Origin: Clostridia bacterium
GTDB taxonomy: Bacteria; Bacillota; Clostridia; Christensenellales; CAAEEZ01
Assembly (NCBI GenBank): GCA_900755035.1
Contig: CAAEEZ010000017.1
Location: 260,887 to 324,886 of the forward strand
Length of the DNA stretch: 64,000 nucleotides
Reading direction: 5' to 3'
Part shown: positions 35,405-44,400 of the stretch, in pieces
How the letters are laid out: each line of letters opens with the position of its first letter
Numbering within the stretch: the stretch's first letter is position 1
Notes under the pieces: model-generated
The model's input: the letters and a program-made list of their open reading frames with translations, nothing else
Database searches by the model: none
What the model was told of the DNA's origin: nothing
Position numbers and translations under genes: made by a program

Positions 35405-38400
35405 TCATTTCTTATTAACGAATACCCGTTTTTTCTTTCTATGAAGACCAACCGCAAGCACTACGATTAGCGCAACTATTATAGCGGACATAACGCCTAT
35501 TGCAACGGACGCTGCAATTACCGTAGTATTTGGCTCGGCGTCGGCAAATACGAACCAACCTAATTCGTCGGTTGTAAATACCGCATAAGTTTTGCCACCT
35601 TCGGTTACGTACTTAACGTTGTCTATCTTCTTGCATACGCCAAAGTCGTTTACTAAGTAGAAACCTTTTTTGGTGTCTGCACCCGTTACGTTAAGTTTTA
35701 CGTTAACCTTTTCGGTCAATTTACCATCAACACGAACCATAAAGTTTACGTTATCAGCGCTAACTATATCGCTGTTAAACATCAAGGAGTCTTTGTTGAA
35801 TACGCTTTGGATATCATGTTTATTACCCACTCTGTAATCCACGCCGTTTACAACTAGATTTTGTTCAAGAGCGCCGTTATCAACCGACGAAATCGTCCAA
35901 TCTTTATTTTCGCTATCCGTAATCTTGTTCGTACCTATCGTAATGGTAGGGCTATTAACAAATACTAGCTCGTAATTGTCGCAAGAATTACCTAGTACGT
36001 CTTGACCTATTAGACTTACCGAAATATCCTTTATGGTAGGTTTTGTAAAGTCAAGCAACTGAGCGTTAGGCAATTTAATATTAGCACTTGTCAAATTCTT
36101 ATTGTCCAAGGTAATATTTTTCATAAATTGCTCTAAGATTTTTGTCGAATCGCTTGTAGCAACGTACTCGTCTTGCTTAATAAATACGTTTACTTTAATC
36201 TTAGTTACGTTAAAGTTTGCTACTGCAAATCCGTTATTTAGTTTATCACGGTATACCTTATCTAGTATCTTGCTCGTATCAAATCCCGATGCAAATTGCT
36301 CTGATACTCTGAACTTAGCATCATTAGAGTAAGCAATTACCGTATATTTACCTATTGCGCTTACGTTTTCAACTACGTTACCATTTGCGTCTATTATAAA
36401 CGTTTTAATTACGTCCTTATATAAGGTAGGAATAGACGTATTCATATCAGGATAGGTTTGAATACCGCCGTTAGCATCGAATTGAGTAGTATACGGTTTC
36501 ATATTTAGTACTACTTTTTTCGGCGTAATTTCCACTTTTCCAAGCGTGATAACAAGCTCCTCATAGTTTTGTTTTTCAACCCTGCTATCGTGTACTACGA
36601 ACTTGATTGCAAGATTGGTAAATACGCTTACTTCGTTAAGCAATACGTTTTTCTCTACAAATTCACCGTTCTCGATTACGCCTAAAATCTTGTTAACAAC
36701 TACGTAACTGTTCTCTACTACGTTGGTAACTGCAAATTTATTAAGCAACGCTTTCTTGTAGTCTTGATCTTGCTCGTACTCGAACGTATAGTCCATAGAA
36801 TCGGTTCTGTACTCGATAGTAGCAGGATTGATAGTATAAACGTAACCCGCATTATTAAATTCCTCTACTTTGAACGTATAGTTGTCTATACCGCTAGTAG
36901 ATGTAAGTAATCCGATTGATAGCGGATACTCTCCTACGTTGCTTAATGCATCAGGTAAGCCTTTAATAATAATATATCTTGATAGTTTATTGGCATCTAA
37001 CACAGCATCCTTACTATTACTAAACGTAATTAGTGATAAAATATCGTTAACATTATTTCCGTACTTAGACGTTAATAGCAACGACTCTTTGTCCAGCGTA
37101 ATAAATACTTCTAATTTTGCAATTTCAATATCTGCATTTTCTACTACAATGTAATAGTTTTTCAAGATATCAGTTTGGAAGTCAATCGAAATTGCCTTAT
37201 TATTTGCTTCATATTTTCCTGTTGTAGTATTCAATCTTAGATTTGCATCCAATATTGCGCCTTCAAAGTATTTAGAACTTGTATACTTAAATTTAATAGT
37301 ATTTACAAAACTATCAGGCAATGAGTCGTTACCTACGAATCCATTAGGGGTAATAGTAATCAAACTATTTAACGCAGAAAGACTAGGTAATTTATCACCA
37401 TATTCAAGTTTAAGATCACTTAATACAAGCGTAAGTTTTTTAGGTACTATCTTGCAATTTGCAAAATCAACCTTTTCTACTTGAACACCTTGTTGCAATA
37501 CTTTAATCTTGTAGTTTTTGTATACGCCGTTACCAAATTCAGTATTAAACCTAAACTTCGAGAACGTAAGTATAGCAGAATCCGTAACGTTTTCGGTATT
37601 ATATCTTGCATCACACAATACCTCTACTTGTCCTTTATCTTTTGGCATTAAACCTTCCAGCTTTCCGGTAATTGCTTCTGATATACTTAGTTTGTAATGT
37701 TTGCCATTTATTGCATTTCTAGTACCGTCGTATTCTTTATCAAATACAGTAGCCTTAACGTTTACAACTCTTGGTACAATCTTGGACTTAACGTTAATAA
37801 AAGGAACAAAGTCAGGAGCAAACGTATACCAACTGCTCTTCGTAATAGCAGACACTACCATCTCTATATTACTTGTATCTAATTCCAAAGTAATATCGTA
37901 AGTTCCTACGTTAGAACTACCATACACGCCCTCTGTATTTTTTATATTTATGCCTCTTATTTCGTCTTTTAAGAAGTCGTAGCCAGACCTTCTTACTAAA
38001 GCGATAATTCTTGGATTTAGATTATTGCTACCGTCGTAAGTCTTATTAAATACTTCTGCGGTGAACGTAATATCGCTATTAGTGATTTCAAATGGTTTTA
38101 TATAGGTTTTTGCGCCAGTTGGAACTAGGTTTGTATCTACGTTTCTACCTTTCGTCAATTTTCTTCTACCATTTGAGTCTGCATTAGAGAAGATATCTGC
38201 GTGATTACCTATTTGATAACTTTGTTGCGCCTTAATAGCGTTTTGTTTCTCCGTTTCATCTACAAAATATGCAGTAGACTTAAATCCGTATGCAATATTA
38301 GAATTTAAGTATACGTCTTGAGCTGCGCCGGTAATACCATCGTCTAGCATTAAAGCCATATCAAGTTGAAGTTTATACTTCTCGTCTTTTGCAAGTATTC

Positions 38401-41400
38401 CATCGTTTTCAAGTGGCATATAAACTTCTACGTTTTCCTTAGTGCCGCCAATCATTGAATAGATTAGATTTACAAAGTATTTTCTTCCGTCCGCACCTTT
38501 GTATCTAGTGTTGTAAACTACTATGCCGTTAGCGTCAATATTTACAGGACGAGGGCTAATCGTACCCGTTAGTCCTTCTATTGCGCCACAAGCAACTAGG
38601 TTGTAGTTTTCGTGTAATTCTAGGTCGTCGCTAACGTTTAAGTCAGAAAGTTCAGCTCCGTTTAGTACTATCTTCTTTTGGATACCTGCCCATTCGTCGA
38701 TAAATCCTGCACCGCCTGTTGCCTTGATACCAACCAAATCTTTATCTAAATCGATAATACCTTCGATAATGTAATCGCTTGGTTGCAAATCAACGTTAAC
38801 TAGCGTTGTACCGTCGTAAACTTTCGAGATTTCCGATTGGAAAGCAGGATTTATCTTAATCGTTACGTCACGTTTTAGAATTTCGCCAACTATATAAATT
38901 TTACCGCTTAAAGCGCCGTCCTCAAATCTATAATTTGGATTAGCTCCGTCTGCAAGTTTTGCAGGAACATTCAAAACGTAGCTTCCTGCATTATACTCAG
39001 GGAATTCTATCGCCTTAAAGTCGATAATCAAATCTAATTTATCAGCGCCAAACAATACAGGTCTTAAATATACTTCCGATCCGTCCGTAAACGTATACTT
39101 AAATCCATCTTGCATAGGTGCTTCGTCGCCACTAACGTTTATTCCCACTTGCTTATCGTAAGTTTTTATTACGCACGAATCGCCTTCGGCTTTGATAATA
39201 AACGGAGTTATTTTTGCATTTTGCAAATTCTTCAAATAATTATAAGTATTATTTGCTGGTGTTGTAAACGTAATTTTTTCGTTATTTACCATAACGTTTA
39301 CGTTTGAAACAAAGTTTGCAATAGCAGTTACAGCGTCTACCGTAAAAGTAACGGTTAGATTTTCACCAACGTCTTTTTGGCTAAATACAGCCTTTACGTC
39401 CAATTTATCAATAAATTTTTCAATTGATTTTGGAATATCTTTCGTAACGGTTAGGCTCATATCCACTGTTCCGTTGTACTCTTTTGCTATTATTGATTCA
39501 AGAATTTCAGGAACGCTGATGTTTATATTTGCTGGCGTTACGTTTACGGTTTGATTATTCAATATTACTTCATTATTTTCTATTGAAACGTTAACCGTAT
39601 CAACTTCACCATTTACTTTTACTCCACCGCTTGCTAATTCGAAAGTGAAGTTCTTTAACATATCAGGGTTGATAGTTAATTTGAACACAACTTTTTTGCC
39701 GCTTGCAACGTTGATATCGCTTAATTCGCCGTCAAAAGTAACTACCGTGTTTATATCAACGTTAGTTGCCATAGGGTTTTTGTAGTGATATTTACCACTA
39801 GCGCCTACGTCGGTAGTATTGTCGAATTCCTTTTCTTTATTATAGATAAATTCGTCAACGACGATAATACGCTTGGTAATTACAAACTTGGTAACAGTAG
39901 CCACGCTAGAACCCGTCGTCTTTAATTTGTAATTTGGATTATCAATAGTTCCGTTAAGGATAAAGTCGTACTCGCCTGCATCCTCACCTTGTACTCTTGA
40001 CAACGAAGTTTTGGTAAAGTTAACCGTATCGCCACTTATTATGCCATAAGGAATAAAGTAATAATTATCAAGACTTGGATCTATATTTCCAAACTCTTTT
40101 CCTACAATTTTATCTTTATGTCCTAACCCAATAGTTATCTCTTTTTGTTCTACTCTTACAAAGTAATTGTTTTCAGTAGGCTCGCTAATTAGGTAGTTGC
40201 CTCTAAACGTATTGTTTTGGTCATTTGTAAACCAAATATCAGCGTCACTATCAAGCACTATCGTATACTTAGTATTAGCGTTATATAGACCAATCGCATT
40301 AGTTGGTGCGTGCAATAAGAACTTACCATTTAGGAAACCACTTACTGTCATACCTTGTTCATCCACTACGGTAAATACGTCGCTAAGTTTAACATTACCT
40401 TGCTTAAAACCATATACGAATACTTTATAGAATACGCCAGATTCATTTGTAGAGAAGAAATCAGGATTGTATTTTAACGTTATTCGTTTAGGGTTAATAG
40501 CAATTTTTGTACTATTTGCCGAGTAATCGTCAACGCTATAATTTTTTGTAGCGTTTTCTTTGTAGCGTACTCTTACTGAAAGTGTACCTACGTTGGCGTT
40601 TCTTACGTCAACTTCCTTGCCGGTACGAATATCTACAAAGTAAATTTCTAGATTAGCTTTATCAGCTGTAATATCTACGACTTCTCCGCCATCTAACTTC
40701 GTAAATTTCAATGAATTTAGCAAGTTTGTAATTAGAGTATTATAATCGAACGCATCACTATAAATTAAACCGCTATGTACGTAGCCAAACTCTGCAATTA
40801 CGCTTGCGCCAACAACTATCACTTTACCTCCAATTTCGGTAAAGATTAGGTTGTAGTTATTTAGTACAGGGTCGGTTAATTCAAAGTCGTTTTTAACAAT
40901 TACGTACTCGCCCACCGTTAGCGCGCCCGTTTCGTTAATTTTTAATATCTTGTTAGCGATTGCTCTAAACGCTGCGCTATCAACGTCTAGTACGCCAACA
41001 AATTCAGCCAAAATAGATACGTTACTAGCATCAGTACCAGCCGATACAGTAAGATTATTAGCAAATACTTTAACGTCTCTCTTAATAATATCGATAGTAT
41101 CCGTGCTTAAATTTATTACGTAGTACTCGCTATGCAACTTATTTACAACCTTTACGCCGGTAGCAACTGCGGTATTATATTCAAGAGTACCACCTACGTT
41201 AGCCTCATAGCCATCTAGCAAGTTGTTAGATAAGGTGTAATTTAACTTATCACCATATTTTATAGCGCCATTTACAAGCGTTAAATGAGCAGTCAAAGCA
41301 TTTTCAGGAGTAGTAGCGCCACGTTTGGTGATATTACCTTTTTCAGTCATTTCACCTTCGCCGTTTACTAATAAGTAGTTGTTTAAGTTAGCCCCATTAG

Positions 41401-44400
41401 ACGTTGCCATAGCGCTAGCGTAACTTACGGTTTTGTTTTCGCCAATAAATTTATCGGCAAAGTTACCTTTAACGGTAATAGTTACGTTTTCAGTGCCAAC
41501 GCCGTAATTTTTGTTAGGGTCGGTTAAAGCAATGGTAATATCAGTTTTTCCGTCGAAGTCCTTATTTAATTTTTGACTAGTAGCAAGCGAACCTTTTACG
41601 TCAATTTCCACAGGTTTTACGTTAAAGTTTACAACCTTTCTACCGTATTGTGTATCGTTACTAAATTCAGCAACAGCCACGTACTCGCCTGCGTTTACCA
41701 CGCTTTCAGTCTTTTTAGCATCGTCAACCACGCTACCTAAGTAATAGGTAACGATAATATCGCCCGTCGTACCTTCTGGCAAACTAAATTCAATCTTTTT
41801 GCCGGTAGCCGAATATACGATATTTGCAATATCGGTTTTTAGAGTAATTTCTACCACTTCTTTGCCGTCGAAAATTCTTACACTGATAGTAATGCTACCC
41901 TCGTAATTTTTATCCTCCACAACAATGGTTAAATTACCACTTTGAGCAAACCAATCTGCAAACGACGTGGTTAGGTCTACGTTTGCTCCGTCCTTAACCA
42001 ATTTCAAGGTAGGCTTTGCCTCACCTATCGTATTTTGATAAGTAAAATCGGTATCTTTTAGCGTTGCATCGTTCTTACCGAACACACTACTACCGTTATA
42101 CGATAGTTCTACCGTGCGTTTCTTAACAACGATAGTTACGCCTTTAATATCTTTTACCGCCGTAAAATCGTAGTTCTTTGCTTTTGCGCCCGTGTAGTTA
42201 ATACCTATAATATTTCTGTTACTGTAACTACCTGCATCAACAGTATCCAACATCGATTGAGCATTACCGATAATTTCGTCAACTATGCCAGGTACTTTGA
42301 AGGAGAAACTATAAGTTTGAGTATTATCAAATACTTTCTCGTATTTTAGTCCTTCAAATATTGTTACATCTAGTTTTAATTGTTTAATCTCGAAGTCGTA
42401 TTCGGTCTTAGCAAATTTAACACCACTATAATTTACGTCGTCAACGGTTGCCGAGTTTACGTCGATATATAGTTTATATCCCGTTCCAGCATCTACGTAC
42501 GCCTCTTTGGTAAACACGTTAAATCTAATGGTTTTGCCATTATCCGTAGTAACTACCATTTCTGGAACATATGCACTACCGGTATAAACTATATTACCGA
42601 ATTTTTCAGTTATTACATTGTCTGCATTGAAAGTATACAATGCCTTATCAATATAGAAGTACACTTCGTTATGCGTTACTTCGTAGTTGTTTAATAGATT
42701 GCCTTCGGCGTCCTTTTCAGTCGAGCGAATTACGATTTTGTAACTACCAACGCCCTTGCTGGTATCGTTCATAAAAGTAACGGCTAATTCGCTACCTATG
42801 TATGCAGCAAACTTACTGTTATCTTCACCAATTACTGTGAAAGTAATAGAACTAATAGCGTCGGCAAACGGCTCTAAGAACGGTCTGTGTAGTTTTGCAA
42901 AGTCTGTTTCACTTCCCTTTGCCGTAGTAAAGCCCGTAATCGTTGCCGAAACACGTTTTGCTTTTACCGTGAATTTGTAGTCGGTTTGCGGTACGAATTT
43001 GTAGTTTTTCGTGCCTGTCGTAGTTACCAACGCATCGTAATTATCAACTGCAACGATAGTATATACGTTTGCGTTTTTAACTTCGTCTTTAATCGTAAAT
43101 GCGTTTTTAGCATTATCGAAGTTGTATTTTTCTTTATCGTTACCAATAAATCCTGTAATGCCGTCGATATTAGCAACTAGATATTTTGTAAAATCGCTAA
43201 TTGCGACCCCATCGTAAGTTTTTTCAAGTACGGACTTGTTCACGTCAAGACTTACGTACAAGGTTTTAGGCCTAATGGTAAGTTGATATGTATCAAACTG
43301 AACGTTGTAATTTTTGATTACTGCATTATCTTTTAATGCATACGTCAAATTGTACGTACCTACGTCTTTAGTTTGAGTAAATTCAGCAATATTAGATACT
43401 TGCAAATATTGCAAAATATCATCCTTGTTGTCGCCTGATACTAATCCTTCTCTAAACGATAAGTTTGCAGTCGCCAAGAAGTTAGGCACAGTGCCGTACT
43501 CAACGTTAAGTATTTTATCAGATACTACCAGGGTGATAGTCTTAGGTTGCAAATCAATAGAATACTTGGTTTTATCTACAACAAGTTCAAAGTTTTTGCC
43601 GTTCTCTTTTAGCGACAAACCACTTGCCGAGAAGTAGTACTTGCCAACAGGCGAATTATACTTAATTGTTACGCCGTTTTCATTAACTAGTTCTAGTTTT
43701 CCGTTAAAGTCGGCAGTCGGCTTAGTTGCTAGGTCGCTAATATCCGTATCCAACAAAGTGATAACTATATTAGATAGGTCAAAAGGACCACCATAGTTTA
43801 AGGTAGGCAGATTTTCTAATACTAAATTTACCTTTCTTCTAATAACTTCCAATTTTAAGTCTATAATTTTACCATTATATACGAAGTTAAACTTATAGTT
43901 AACGCTTCTATCTTCGCCGTGATTATTCTTATCTTTCGTAAAGATTAAATCATACGTACCTATTTCAACGTTGTTTAATTCTTGTACGGCTATACCGTTT
44001 CTTAGCACGCCGAATACCATATTTACATACGCTTGGTCTTCCGGCACAAGATTTTTCTTATATTCTACGTTGAACGTTACGTTTCTACCGTATTCAGTAG
44101 TTATAACTTTTTTGCCGTCCTTATCAGTAAACGTATAATCACCTTGTAGTTCTACGTTTACTGCTTTTGGATTGATATACACGTAGAAGGTTTTAGGACT
44201 ACGCATAGTGAACATATCGGTGGTATCTTTAATATCGATATCAATAGCGTATCCTTGCGCTTGAACGAATTTAATACCTTGCCACTTGCCACCTGCAAAG
44301 TACTTGCTGATTATGCCGTTTACGATTTCGTTATTTTCGTTGCTAGCATCTTTAACTACTAGCGTTCTATCCGTTCCGTCGTAGGAAAACTCGGTCTTGA